A stretch of 64,000 nucleotides of DNA from Schizochytrium sp. TIO01 (lineage: Eukaryota; Protista; Bigyra: Labyrinthulomycetes), in assembly GCA_004764695.1 (NCBI GenBank), contig SMSO01000037.1:4068747-4132746 (forward strand), written 5' to 3'. A program made the position numbers and the translations under genes. The notes beneath the pieces were generated by a model. That model was not told the DNA's origin and searched no databases. It was given only the letters and a program-made list of their open reading frames with translations. Positions 45,028 to 56,899 of this stretch are shown in pieces. Numbering within the stretch: the stretch's first letter is position 1; the number at the start of each line of letters is the position of its first letter.

Positions 45028-47886
45028 ATGGTGACTTTTGCAGACACGCAGGGGAATGAACATGATAGCAAAAATGTTTCGATAATGGGCAAACAAGGAT
45101 TTACTTTTGTAGATCTCAGTGACAAGCTCCAACAAAAAAAGACAGAGATTGAGGCGTCAAGGAGAAGGGCTGCTGAAGAAGCAGATCGAAAAAGACGCGA
45201 ATCAAGCAAATGGTTTCGCACCATCAATTCCCAAGAGCATGATCTGCAAAGGATACGACAGCAGGAAGAGCTCGGTTACCCAAATTGGCAAGCTAAAGAC
45301 TTTGGAGGTGCTTACCATGAAACCCGCATTGCCAACAAGTTTCCCATTGCTGGTACAGCTATCGAAGTGGAACAAATTCGTAAGAAAGGTATTATAACAC
45401 GCAAAGAACGTGAAGAGAAGGAGCTAGCCGATATTCAAGCTATACACGTTTATCGAGCGCAAGAAAAGGGTAAATTTGCCGAGCAGCGCGAGCTTTTCCG
45501 AGGCCAATACTCTGAACGTGTATATCTGGAAGCAGATGTACAGGAAACTTTGGAAAGTCGAAAAGCAAAACTAGCGCGTTTACGCCGAAGATTTCAACGC
45601 GAGCGAAATGCTTTCACACAAAAGGCAGACTCGTCCATGAAAGATTTTATACATGCTGTACGAGAAGGCCGTCTCGAACGAGTGCAGGGATACTTGCAGC
45701 GAAGAACAATTGATGTTAATTCAGTCACATCTTATAATGAAGGCCAAACAGCATTGATGGAGGCTTGTATGCATGGACGCGTCACAATGGCGAAAATGCT
45801 CCTCGAAATGGGCGCTGACCCTGACCAAAAGAGCGCTCGAGGGGAGGGTACTCTTCATGTTGTGTGGAACCCAGTGGTACAAACGCCACGACCAGAAGGA
45901 CTGCACCGAGTTGTCTTGCTTCGTAATATATACACATTAATTGAATGTCTACTTGACGCTGGTGCTGATCCTAGTATGGTAAACACCCAATCCCTTACAA
46001 CTTTACACTTTGCTGCTGCCGAACAGAGTACCGCTGTATGTGAGCTAATTCTTCGTAAAGGTAATACAGCCCTATTGGACCAAACAGATTCACAAGGTCA
46101 GACTCCATTGGATGTAGCTCCAGACCAAAAACATGAATCATACAAATTACTTTTGAACTGGAAGGCATGTGTGCAAGGAAATAAATTGACAGATTTTCAA
46201 AAGGCGTGGTTTCATTACATGAACGCACCTGTAGCAGGCCCAAGACTTGCAGTCCAACCTAGCGCGGGGACTGTGATTGCTGGTCTTCGAATCACAGATT
46301 ACAAACGGCAAGCTGGGACAGAGCTCCGCGAAGGGGTTGTTCAGAGACGACGCGAGGATATTGCAGCTGACCAGACAAACGTCAACGCAGGACTGGAAAG
46401 TACTGGGGACAAGCTGGTAGAAAAAAAGTCTGTGGCAGAGTATGTTCAACTAGCCCAGAAGCAGTACACTGCTAGCTTTCGCGCGAAGTGCAAAGCTGAG
46501 CGGCAGAAGAAAAAGCCCTCGGACCGAAAATTAACCCTTGTTGAGTATTTGGTGGGTTACGAAGCTCGAAAACGCGCGGAAGAGCTTGATAAAACTTCTA
46601 AAAGCAAAAGGAGTAAAAATCATTTGCTCGATCGCCGTAAAGCGATTGCACATGCGCTCCTGAAAGATAACTATCGTGGTGGCCCAGAACGTACTCGCCG
46701 TCGCGACTTAGAGGATGTTCCTTTGGAAGCGACTGATGATGAACATCTGGCCGCTGACGTTTTACAAAACAACGTGCTCCGTCGACCTTGGACAGTTTCT
46801 ACGATTGGTCGCAGTGGTGGAGCATTTCATCCTCGAGTTCTAGGACGCGTTGTGGCTAACACACAAGGAGCACCGGATAAGACAAGCACAATTGATCTTA
46901 CACCTTCTCATTATGCAACTCGCAAAGCAGGTGTCAAACGCATTACTGGAAAGCTTCACTCTCAAGAGGAAAATATCAGTGAGTCAGATATCGCGCATGC
47001 TGAGTCGCAACAAAAAATACAGCAAAAGTTAGACGTAAAATCACCTAAGGAACATCTTATGCGCAGGATGACAGTGCGAATAGAAAATGTACTTCGTGAT
47101 GAAGGTGCGATAAGTGATAATACCTATCAGACACAGGGTGACACACAGGAGCTTTCGGCAGAGCATAGTATTGGTTCTAAGAGACCTCTCACAGGAGCCA
47201 AAACAAAGCGAAAGCGGGCTATTGCTCAAGAAGCTAATATGCTTCAAGCTATTCAAGCTAGTATTGAGTCAGCAGCAAAGAACAGCAAGTACACAGGCTC
47301 AAAGTTTTCTCATGAAGCTGAGATGTATCGATCTAAACATGTGCCTGATTCTGTAATGCCACCGAAGTACAACATGCGCGAAATCTTAAGCTCACTAGCC
47401 CTCGATGCGAATGGAAAGACGTCATTCACCCGGCTCGAAGTTGCAAGTGTACTTACGCTCCTGCGTGCGAGACTTCCTGGAGATACATTTCCGATGCAAC
47501 TAAGCAACGCTATATTGCGTGCCATTCATCCAGACGAGCGGGCTGATGCTGGAAACGTGACAGTGGCTGAGTTAAGGGAGCGTTTTCAAGATTTTCGTTA
47601 TAATAAACGACCCTTTGACACCGTACCTGCATTCGACGCTCTCGAGAAGGCACTTGAGGCACGCTACCGAGACGTGCATCTTCATTCCTCCCTGCATGAG
47701 TACCGCGTGTACTCCACAAAAGAATTGCAACGTCCTGGGCCGTTTGACAGTCGTCCAGTGAATACCGAGCCCTGGGCAGGATCACACGTGCAGGTAAATA
47801 GAACCCGAGTACTGTGTGACCGACTTCACGATGAAAATCCTCTCAAAACCTCTGGATTCCGCGTCCTCCATCCAAAGGTAACATGA
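45028..47886 (+). CDS. Ankyrin-repeat protein of unknown function
   Basis: 952-aa ORF with ankyrin repeats GQTALMEAC..G, GEGTLH, TTLHFAA and GQTPLDVA. Confidence 0.85.
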   Translation: MVTFADTQGNEHDSKNVSIMGKQGFTFVDLSDKLQQKKTEIEASRRRAAEEADRKRRESSKWFRTINSQEHDLQRIRQQEELGYPNWQAKDFGGAYHETRIANKFPIAGTAIEVEQIRKKGIITRKEREEKELADIQAIHVYRAQEKGKFAEQRELFRGQYSERVYLEADVQETLESRKAKLARLRRRFQRERNAFTQKADSSMKDFIHAVREGRLERVQGYLQRRTIDVNSVTSYNEGQTALMEACMHGRVTMAKMLLEMGADPDQKSARGEGTLHVVWNPVVQTPRPEGLHRVVLLRNIYTLIECLLDAGADPSMVNTQSLTTLHFAAAEQSTAVCELILRKGNTALLDQTDSQGQTPLDVAPDQKHESYKLLLNWKACVQGNKLTDFQKAWFHYMNAPVAGPRLAVQPSAGTVIAGLRITDYKRQAGTELREGVVQRRREDIAADQTNVNAGLESTGDKLVEKKSVAEYVQLAQKQYTASFRAKCKAERQKKKPSDRKLTLVEYLVGYEARKRAEELDKTSKSKRSKNHLLDRRKAIAHALLKDNYRGGPERTRRRDLEDVPLEATDDEHLAADVLQNNVLRRPWTVSTIGRSGGAFHPRVLGRVVANTQGAPDKTSTIDLTPSHYATRKAGVKRITGKLHSQEENISESDIAHAESQQKIQQKLDVKSPKEHLMRRMTVRIENVLRDEGAISDNTYQTQGDTQELSAEHSIGSKRPLTGAKTKRKRAIAQEANMLQAIQASIESAAKNSKYTGSKFSHEAEMYRSKHVPDSVMPPKYNMREILSSLALDANGKTSFTRLEVASVLTLLRARLPGDTFPMQLSNAILRAIHPDERADAGNVTVAELRERFQDFRYNKRPFDTVPAFDALEKALEARYRDVHLHSSLHEYRVYSTKELQRPGPFDSRPVNTEPWAGSHVQVNRTRVLCDRLHDENPLKTSGFRVLHPKVT

Positions 47887-48665
47887 AGGAAGGTTTCCTC
47901 ACTAATAGGACCTCTGCAATATCCTAAAATCATACATGACGGGGTGGTGTAAGCTATCCAGGATTCTGTTAGATACCCCATTGTAGTATATGTTAATTAA
48001 GCATAAGTATAAACATAAACAAAGCTGCCAGCACAATTCTGACTCCCCGTCGTTCGCTTTATTAGACAGATTTCAGCTTGTGTTCCAAGCTGCTAATCAG
48101 GGCGATTGAAGGAATCGCCAACTTGCGATCTTCAGGGTGCCAGCGCCCAACTGCACCATCATCGAAGAAGACCACCAAATCTGTCTCTAAGTCTGCGCCT
48201 CCACTTCGCTACCTCCCAGGCATTTCCTTCAGCCTGCGTGTTCAAGGCCACCGTGCTATCGCCAGTCCTTTCCCGCCACCGCCGCCATCAGCAACCCCTT
48301 CGCTGAGCAGCTTGAACCTGAGGCATCCTATGCACGTCTGTGTTTGCGCAGCCTTATCTTTCGAGTCAAGTCACCCGTGCTTCGCCAGCTTCCTTGCGCA
48401 GATCGCAAATTCAAAAGTCGCAGCAATATCCGCACCGTCGCCAGAGAACGAACCCTTCGAGTTCTCCTTGGACCCGCCCCCGCGAACGCCCAGGCGGCGC
48501 CTTGATGCCAGCAGCTCCAAAGGCCGGAGCGGCTTCAGCTCTCCTACTGACAGCATGACATCTGGGTCTGTGGCGCTGTCCGAGCGCAGCAGTATCTTGG
48601 AGCCGTCGCGGTCGGTCCAAGATTTGACATTCCGGTCGACCCCTTCTACAGCCAAGCCACCACCA

Positions 48666-48697
48666 CCTTTCGAAACCTTTCGAAACCTTTCGAAACC
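48666..48697. repeat. 10-bp tandem repeat (CCTTTCGAAA) x3 with palindromic core
   Basis: acctttcgaaacctttcgaaacctttcgaaacc, read directly. Confidence 0.85.
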
Positions 48698-50567
48698 TCG
48701 CAACGAGGCGACCAGCTTCGCGCAGGCTAAAGGTGCTTCGGGCCCACTGTCGAGGCTAGGCCGACTGCGTGGGCTATCCAACTTGCGCATACGCAGGCAG
48801 ACATTGGTTTCAAGATTTGCATGGATTTCAAATTCCGGGCTGTTTTGAAAAAACGTGTTTTAACTGAAGAAAAGGACAAACTTGCAGCTTCAAGCATTGA
48901 GTCGAAAACCCACCTCGGCACGAAATGACGTTTCTGAAGGCGAGAATTCGTGCAGATACTGCCGTAATCCGCGAGGCGTCGACAACTCCACCGATAAACC
49001 TGGAGTTGAATCCGTGGGCTTCCCTGGATGTGGCAGATCGCGATCGTTTTTCTGATGGGCCTAGTATAAAATTTGTTTTCAGTTAACTTGTTTTTTAACT
49101 TCAAATTTATGATTTATTTATCATTTTTTATAAAATTAAAAATAAATGCGGAAAAGACGACTCGGAGACGAGAGAGATGCAAAGACTTGGACGGACATAG
49201 ATCGATGTCTGTAATATCTTCTCCAACTGACTTCATCTCAGAGACGGAGGTCCCAGCAGTACTAAGTATTAGCATCCTACCTACATACAGGAAACAACGA
49301 AAGTAGGAAAGAAAACTTGGAACGTTTTTCTTTAATTGCATGGCTGCTACTAGTCGTCGGTGGAGGAGTACCGATACTACTGTCTGCATAGGTAGAACTA
49401 CATTTTTCTTTTCTCTTTAAAGGTTAAACATGAATAGCAGGTAGTTAGTTATTAGTGTTAAAATACATATTTCAAGTGGAAATAATGATTAAGGTCTAAA
49501 TTTAATTGCTAAAGCAAATTGAAGAGAAAGGAAAAAAGGGGGGGGAAAAAGAAAGAAAAAGGGTACTAAAACCATGAAATCTGCAAAAAATGGAGGCCTA
49601 AAAGCTGAATGAAGCTACCTAACTTGACAACAGCAGGAGCCTCGTCGCAAGCCGGCTGTGTCCAGTATCCCCTCGCGAACCAATCAGTGGGTCTGAGAGT
49701 GTAGCGCGAAGGTTGATCGCGGTCGCCTCCACGTCCTGGCAGCCAGCCAGATAGACAGGCATTACGATGAACGTGGACGCAACGCTGAAAAGGGAAAAAC
49801 TCGGAAGAAAGACCCACTTGGAAGCAGGGCAGTTCGTTTTCCTTTTTCAATCTAAATCGAAACTATCCACTCGTAATGGTAGGCATCGCTAGGACTCACC
49901 TACTTCCCTCTACCCACTACTCTTTGTACTTTCTGCCTCTTTGCTGCTTCTAATGATATGGGCGTGTAGTTACTATCTACTAGTAGTGTCTGGGTACCTT
50001 GTGAGTTAGAGCCAAAGTCGATGCACTCGAACTCACGCTATCATAAAGTTGCGCCAAACGAGAACAGCACTTCTTCCATTGCTGCCGCGACCCTCTTCGA
50101 GCTTCGGTCGCGTCGGCTTCGCAGCCTTGTGTCCTCTGCCCAATCACTCCTGCCCTATGGCGGAGCGGGTGAGGGATATCAACGCTGGCAGTGATGGATG
50201 GAGAAGTTCACCGCACCTGGATTTCCGAACGATCCTTTTCCTGCCCTTCGAGGAGATCACACGAAAGAACGGTACGTCCGACCCATAAATACATCCATAC
50301 ATCCATATATCCATCCATCTGTCCATCCTTCCATCCGGGTTTGCAAGATCGATCAGCGACCTGGACGTCTCTCGGCCCTGCATCAGTGGCCATCGCGATG
50401 GGCCTCGCGATGGGACGCGACTGCAGCACGACCGACCTGCAGTCCATCTGGTGGCTGGCTGCCTGTCTGTCTTCCTCTCCAGGCGAACGAATTAACTCAA
50501 GTTTGTTTGTGCAAAGTTGATTTCCTCGCGAGGCTTTCCAAGTGTGGCGGTCTCTTTATCCCTTTGA

Positions 50568-50588
50568 TACATTGATTCATTCATTTTC

Positions 50589-50627
<39 letters not shown>

Positions 50628-50755
50628 CATTAATTGATTGATGGATTCATTCATTGATTCATTCATTCATTCATTTTGATTGATAGATTGATAGATTGAT
50701 AGATAGATTGATTCTGATCGATTGATGATAGATTGATAGATTGATAGATTGATCG
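50568..50755. repeat. Compound microsatellite (ATTG)n/(ATTC)n/(ATTGATAG)n
   Basis: Seen directly. A (CATC)n tract also occurs at ~50290-50335. Confidence 0.9.
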
Positions 50756-51810
50756 ACTAATTGCCTGCCTGCTTTGTTCTAAAATATAGTGCAGTTCTCA
50801 TCGACGGTCACCGACGATCGATACTATTTTGCCGGTAAGTTTCACTGCGCACGCGCTCCGGCTGAGCTAGCCGCCCCTTCGTACTACTTCTGGACGCGGG
50901 ATCAGCTTGCATGGACTGAGCAAGCAAGCAAGCAAGCGAGCTCGGCGCAGGGCCGCGTGCGAATGGGTGGACGGACAGCCTCAGAACTTGCTGGAATGGA
51001 GGAGTGAGTGACTCTTTGGAAAGAACCTCAACTTAATCTCTTCGAGCGCTCCCTTCTTTTATTTTCTAAATCTACCTACGATTCAGCAGCAGTACCTCCA
51101 TGTAAGACTGTTTATGATCTTCCACAGGAAAACTACCCAGAGTACTACTAGGTTAAGGTATAGGAAGGCGCCTACTGCCTACCACAGCGTGAACTAGCTT
51201 GATATCCAAAACAGAGAACCGGAGGAGAAAGCAACGAGTAGGAAGTAGTACCTGCATGAATGAATCGATACTGCAAGAAAGCGAAGGAATCAAGGCCAAG
51301 GCCGTCTATGCCCTTTCTGCCGGGCTGAACTAAGAGAAGCACCGCGCTTAAGTGAATGATCTTCATGCAGCGATTGGAGCTGCGGTCTTCGAAGAGACCC
51401 TCCAATTAATTTCACAGTCTCCTTTGCAGCTCGAGTCCTTTCAAGTTTTATTTTAAAACAAAACAAAACAATTTTTAAATGTTTTTTTAAATGTTTTGTT
51501 TATTTTTAAATTGAAAAAGTGTTTTTTACCATCAAGTTCTAAGGCAGCATTATGGGAAATCAACAGTGGGAAACTAAGAAATATTGGATACGTACCTTAT
51601 GGGTACGAAAAGGTACTTTCTGTTGTCGATGCGCGAACCAGCAAGCAAATCCAAATCGTGACAACACCGGTTTGGTCAAGAACAGGGAGGTCAGCGGCAG
51701 GGTGTGCTGCATCTAGACGACAAGGTTTGGGGGGAAACTGGGTTGCTTTCCCTGATTAGTTTGCTGGGTCGCCTGCTGGGCTTCGTTGGTGCAGAAACTT
51801 GAACAATACC

Positions 51811-52941
51811 ATGAGCTCGCTTATCACGAAGACAAATGTTGGACTCGTGGTAGCTGCATTGCTGGGAATTTACCTGAAGCGGTTCAGTATCCAAAAGGCA
51901 GCTGTGTACGGCATCTTCAAAACTCGTGTTCTGTTGCTTAAGCTTCGAATTCTGAGGCCGAATCTTGAGGGGATGTACGGCGACGCCGTAGACCCTGCGA
52001 TCAAGCCTTCGCACGAACTGAATGCTCTGACGCAAATTTTCATTGAGGTTGGCAAGCAGAACCCGCCCTCAATTATGCAGACAGCTGAAGGGACGCGCAA
52101 CTTCTGTTCAGGATTCTACAAGCTTGGGCTTTTTGGACCCTTGTTCTCCAGCGAGCAATACAAGAAGCTTAAGATCGGTGGAGTCCCGTGCTACTGGATC
52201 ACTCACCCCAACATGGAGAAAGCCCCTGGTGCACCCAAGGATGGCGTCATTCTATACTGCCATGGAGGAGGCTACCATGCTGGAAGCCTTGATACTTATG
52301 GCCAGGTGTGTGGCGAGCTCTCCCGTCGTACTGGTTGCAAGGTTCTCTTTGTTGACTACACACTTTGCCCCAAGGCCCCAATTTCCAAAGGCCGAGATGA
52401 ACTTGTTGCTGCTTACGAACATATTCTCCTGGACACTTCGGCAACCAATGTGGCGCTTGTCGGCGATTCCGCTGGCGGTGGCTTCGTAATGGGTGTGATG
52501 CAAGCTATCCGCAGCAAGAACCTCAATATGCCAGCATGTGGAGTGTTGCTCTCTCCGTGGGCCGATATCACCAACAAGAGTGTAGCCATGAACAACAATA
52601 CCTGCGACTGCCTTTTTCCTAACCTTGAGTTCTTTACATCTCTCGCCGATGAGTGTGTGAGCCTCTCTGGAAAACCCGCGGCTGATCCCGAGAACAGCTT
52701 CTTGAATGGAGGCTTCAAGTACTTCCCGCCTTGCTTCGTTTGTGTTGGCAAGACTGAGCGCCTTCTGGATGACACACTCACTTTTATCGAGCGTGCCAAG
52801 AGTGACGGTGTAAAGGTCACCAGTGAAGTTGCACCATACTCGATGCACATTTACCCTATTCTTTACGGCTTCCGCGTCCCAGAATACACTGAGACCTTGG
52901 ATCGTATTTGCAAATTCATCCAGACCAACGTTTCAAACTAA
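51811..52941 (+). CDS. HSL-family alpha/beta hydrolase (abhydrolase_3 esterase/lipase), paralog 1
   Basis: HGGG oxyanion motif, GDSAGG nucleophile elbow, LSPW.D, catalytic E (TERLLDD) and H (MHIY), and an N-terminal hydrophobic anchor. Confidence 0.92.
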   Translation: MSSLITKTNVGLVVAALLGIYLKRFSIQKAAVYGIFKTRVLLLKLRILRPNLEGMYGDAVDPAIKPSHELNALTQIFIEVGKQNPPSIMQTAEGTRNFCSGFYKLGLFGPLFSSEQYKKLKIGGVPCYWITHPNMEKAPGAPKDGVILYCHGGGYHAGSLDTYGQVCGELSRRTGCKVLFVDYTLCPKAPISKGRDELVAAYEHILLDTSATNVALVGDSAGGGFVMGVMQAIRSKNLNMPACGVLLSPWADITNKSVAMNNNTCDCLFPNLEFFTSLADECVSLSGKPAADPENSFLNGGFKYFPPCFVCVGKTERLLDDTLTFIERAKSDGVKVTSEVAPYSMHIYPILYGFRVPEYTETLDRICKFIQTNVSN

Positions 52942-53339
52942 GTATGATAGAAGCTGTGCACAGCAGGCAGCATGCGCTACGGCAATAAACCTTTTTTGTC
53001 ATAATCACAAAACAAAATCTGAGAAAAATTTGAGTTTAATTGACTTTGTTACCAACAGAAGATTTATCTCTGGCGCTAGCTAATCCACCGTTCATTTGCT
53101 AATCTTGATTCTATATGTATGGCTTAGAAAATATCAAGTGAGGTACATTAAAAAACACGTTAGAACTAAAATAACCTTTAAAATGGTAGTGTTAATTCCA
53201 TAGTTATGACCATATTTGATATGCATTGTTATTCACTTAGAATTACATTTGCGTTTCCTATGGTGACGTGGGGCTAAGGCCCAATCATGGGTTTAAAACT
53301 AACCCGCAACTCAAAGACAATTTCGAAATCATGTCCTAG

Positions 53340-54390
53340 GCTAGGTAGCGCATAAGAATGCCTATGGTGGCGTGGGTACCACGATCGGCTACGTATTTGC
53401 ATTTTTGGGTGCATTTGCAAGACAAACAAAAAAGAGGACTTAGCCGCAAAAAACGAATTTGGCATGCGCTCTTCTTACCAGCGTGATAAAACCCAGATTT
53501 TTAAGACTACTGCACAAGACTGAAACACTAAGAAAGGTAGAACCTCATTCTTTCTCAAAAGCTTTCGTATTGACAAAGAAAAGTCTCCAGACCAAGTAAC
53601 TAACAACATACGTGTACAAATGAATCGTCTTGAACATCTTGACTTTTGAATCTTGCATATAAATAATTTCGGCCAGAAAATTAGACCCCCAGTGCGCACC
53701 ATAGCACCAAAGCTTTGAACCTAGGCGTACGCTCATTTCAGACCATGTACAACGGCGTTGGTTGAGCAATTGAATAGAGCTTAGGGGAAGACAAATTAAT
53801 CATGTTCGTTCTCTGTCGCGGCGCTGACAGATCCAAACTAAACTGGCCCAAAAGCAAAAAGGCGAGACTGCCTTAAGACGCGCGTACCTCCGCGCGCTAC
53901 TCAAGAGCAAGAACATGTTCACCAAGATTTGCCTCAAGCTGGCACTTTAGCTCTGTGAAAGCTGCCGTGTTATCATTTTGCCTAAATTTGAAACCCTCCA
54001 GATAGGAACCGTTGACAAGACGGATCTATTGCAAGACAGCTCGAATAATCTGTCGTTGGGGCTACTTTAGCTCCCGAAAAGCGCTTATTCACAAAGTTGA
54101 GTTTCCTCCCCTGGTGTGGTTTTATTGCCTGCAGAAAGGATCTCCCTTCAGAGAAACATGTAACGGATGTGGCTTCATTCACAATGAGCTTGTCAATGCC
54201 CTCAATACAACTACGTAGCCGCTCGTGATGTTCACGCTGCCCGAAGTATCCATTTACGCTACCTATTCAAGGGTATGAATAAGAAAATGTCTTCGAGTCT
54301 TGTCTTATTAAAAGAAACTCGATTGGCCTTTATCCCGTCACCGCAGGAAATGCAAATTTTGCAATTTTTGTAGGTCAAATACAGGGGTTT
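53340..54390 (+). mobile_element. Decayed Fanzor2/TnpB-like nuclease gene, copy 2
   Basis: Fragments: IRVQMNRL, ALNLGVRSFQTMY (53712, corresponding to ALDPGVRTF, RuvC-I), ALRRAYLR, KLAL*LCESCRVIILPKFET (~53935-53995), LTRRIYCKTARIICRW, ALIHKVEF, TCNGCGFIHNEL and YVAARDVHAARSIHLRYL (~54212-54265). Multiple stops and frameshifts. Boundaries approximate. Confidence 0.85.
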
Positions 54391-55295
54391 TGCTATTTTG
54401 GCTATAGTAGTGCGGGAAAACCTGAAGGTCACTTTTAATCTTGAGTACGACCCTTCTTTTTGGGGATACCCTGAAGCAGATGTTAAAACAACAAAGAGTA
54501 TTATTCAGACCTCAGCCGCAGTAGGTAGTGTGGGTCATATCTGAAAAATGACTGAGGATGGATCATTCGCTTGTGACCACGAAGAAGGCTATCCTCTCAG
54601 GACCAGCCTGGTGGCACGTCAGTACTAATAGATTCTTCAGATTACAGTTAAAGGGCCAAAAGATACCCACTTGTAGAAAGCTAACTCCATTTCCTCCATG
54701 GCAAACCTTTGTTTTCTGGTTTCAATCCACATCAAAATTCATCATCCCAAAATACCAAGTAGTTTGGTGTAATTGACGTGTCAGGGGACCAAGTAAGAGT
54801 GCTATTATGTCAAAAGGACTACTAGCCTGGGTACCTAGGACCAGATAGCATCATATGGAAGAAAGGAAAAGCTAAGGAAGAAGATGAAAAAGAGATGGAT
54901 TCTCAGAGTCACTCTCTGCATGCAGTTGACTTCACAGAAGCTCAACAAAGCAGCTTCGAGAGGCCAGTTTTCGAACCCGGAGACTAGGCCGTCTAGTTTA
55001 TCTTTTGGTTGATTGCCTCTTTGGCGGCTCCTGCAGGCCTGGCTGCAACTAGGCAAGAATCGTGTGGAGGCTCATTGGACATTTAGGTACAACTACAACC
55101 TTTTCAGTGAAAAAGAGCAGAGAAGCTTCTTGATTGCACCATATTGCGCTGCAAGCTCCCAGTCGAATCGACCGTGTCTAGGCTCTCTGTTGGAGTTGAT
55201 CTTCTTGCAACTTATCAAGAATCTTTAAAACATCAACAGACTTAGAACGTGAAACTGGACTTCTGAGTCGATTGTTTGTTTTTCGTAAGGCAACA

Positions 55296-56435
55296 ATGTT
55301 GACGCTTGAGCCCCCGACCATTGGCCAGGCCAGCGCCGTTGTTGTGGGTTTGGCAGGGTTATATGGTATTGTGCGCTGGAAACACAAAGTTCTGAAGTCC
55401 ATTATTCTCAGCGTCGTGAGAATCCGCACATGGCTGATTGAATGGGGTGTGCTGCGACCAAACATGAAGGATCTCTTTGGCGAAGATGCTATCGATCCTG
55501 AGGTCAAACCTTCAGCACGTCTGCTGGCACTTTCTGGATTATTTTCATCTGCAGCTAAGGCAAAATCGAAGTCTCTTTATGCTACTGCCGAGGCCTCACG
55601 AGCGACAGCCACCCAGAATTTACTAATCTACCCGTTCAGTCCTTTGACCTCGCGCGAAAAGGTTGAGCAATTCAAATTGAACGGGCTCCCATGTGCGTGG
55701 ATTACGCATCCAGACGTCTATGATCCTTCTGCAGGAACCATCCTTTACTGCCATGGTGGTGGATACCACAACGGATTTCTTGACGCTTACCGCGAGGTCT
55801 GTGGAGAACTAAGCCGTCGCACTGGGTGCCGGGTTCTTTATGTTGAATACACTCTCTGTCCTAAGGCTACGATTGCTGAGGCACGCGATGAACTTGTCAT
55901 GGCCTACCACTACCTCATGCAGGAAACTCCAGCGCCTAAAATTGCAATTGTTGGAGATTCTGCTGGAGCAGGATATGCGGTTGGTATCTTGCAGAACCTT
56001 CGTGCCAAGAGATTCCCAATGCCCGGCTGTGCAGTGATGATTTGCCCTTGGGTAGACCTTACCATGAAGAGCAAGTCCATGAACAACAATAACAAGGACA
56101 GCATGTTCCCCCATGTCGAATTTTTTAAGACTCTCGCCGAGGATTCTGTACGCATCTCCGGCAAGCCAGCAGAACATCCTGACAACAGCTTCATTAACGG
56201 CCCTTTTCGTGGATTCCCTCCTATCTATGTCTGTGCCAGCAAGACTGAACGTCTGCTCGATGATGCCTTAGCCGTAATCAACCGCGCAAAGAGCTCGGGA
56301 GTTGAGGTGACTAGCGAGATTGCACCATACGCCATGCATGTTTACCCTATCCTGTTCAGCTTTAGTGTCCCCGAATTTGAGGCCTCCCTTGACCGCATTT
56401 GCTCCTACATCCGTGAAAACCTTGGTTCCGCCTGA
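55296..56435 (+). CDS. HSL-family alpha/beta hydrolase, paralog 2
   Basis: Motifs HGGG, GDSAGA, TERLLDD and MHVY. Colinear with and highly similar to 51811..52941. Confidence 0.92.
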   Translation: MLTLEPPTIGQASAVVVGLAGLYGIVRWKHKVLKSIILSVVRIRTWLIEWGVLRPNMKDLFGEDAIDPEVKPSARLLALSGLFSSAAKAKSKSLYATAEASRATATQNLLIYPFSPLTSREKVEQFKLNGLPCAWITHPDVYDPSAGTILYCHGGGYHNGFLDAYREVCGELSRRTGCRVLYVEYTLCPKATIAEARDELVMAYHYLMQETPAPKIAIVGDSAGAGYAVGILQNLRAKRFPMPGCAVMICPWVDLTMKSKSMNNNNKDSMFPHVEFFKTLAEDSVRISGKPAEHPDNSFINGPFRGFPPIYVCASKTERLLDDALAVINRAKSSGVEVTSEIAPYAMHVYPILFSFSVPEFEASLDRICSYIRENLGSA

Positions 56436-56899
56436 AGAGTTTTTCGTGTTTTGAAGAATCACAGTCGATGTACAGAGCTTGCATCAACCACAGCCCCAGC
56501 CCCGGAGATAAACCACGTAATAAATTAAATCGCATCATGTATCTCTATATTAATTGCTCTTGAATAATTTATTCTGCAAGATATACTCCTTGCCTGGATG
56601 AAGCATTGCTTAATTTCGTAATGATTCTGCTCATTATGGATGACATACATAGATTTCCCTCAAACTTGATAGAAGAAGGTACTAGTACTACTAGATAGAA
56701 GTATTATATAGTAGTACGTACCTAGTTTTTCTTCTTTTTTCTTTTTTCTCCTAAATTTGCGTTGCGCTGCCCAGATTCGAGCCACGTGGGTCAATCAATC
56801 GATCTTCTATTTCAAGCCTTCTAATCTAGTAGCAAGGAACAAGCAAAGCTCCATTGTACAAAACATCTGCTTAGTGCTGACAGGTTGAAGTTGCGCAGT

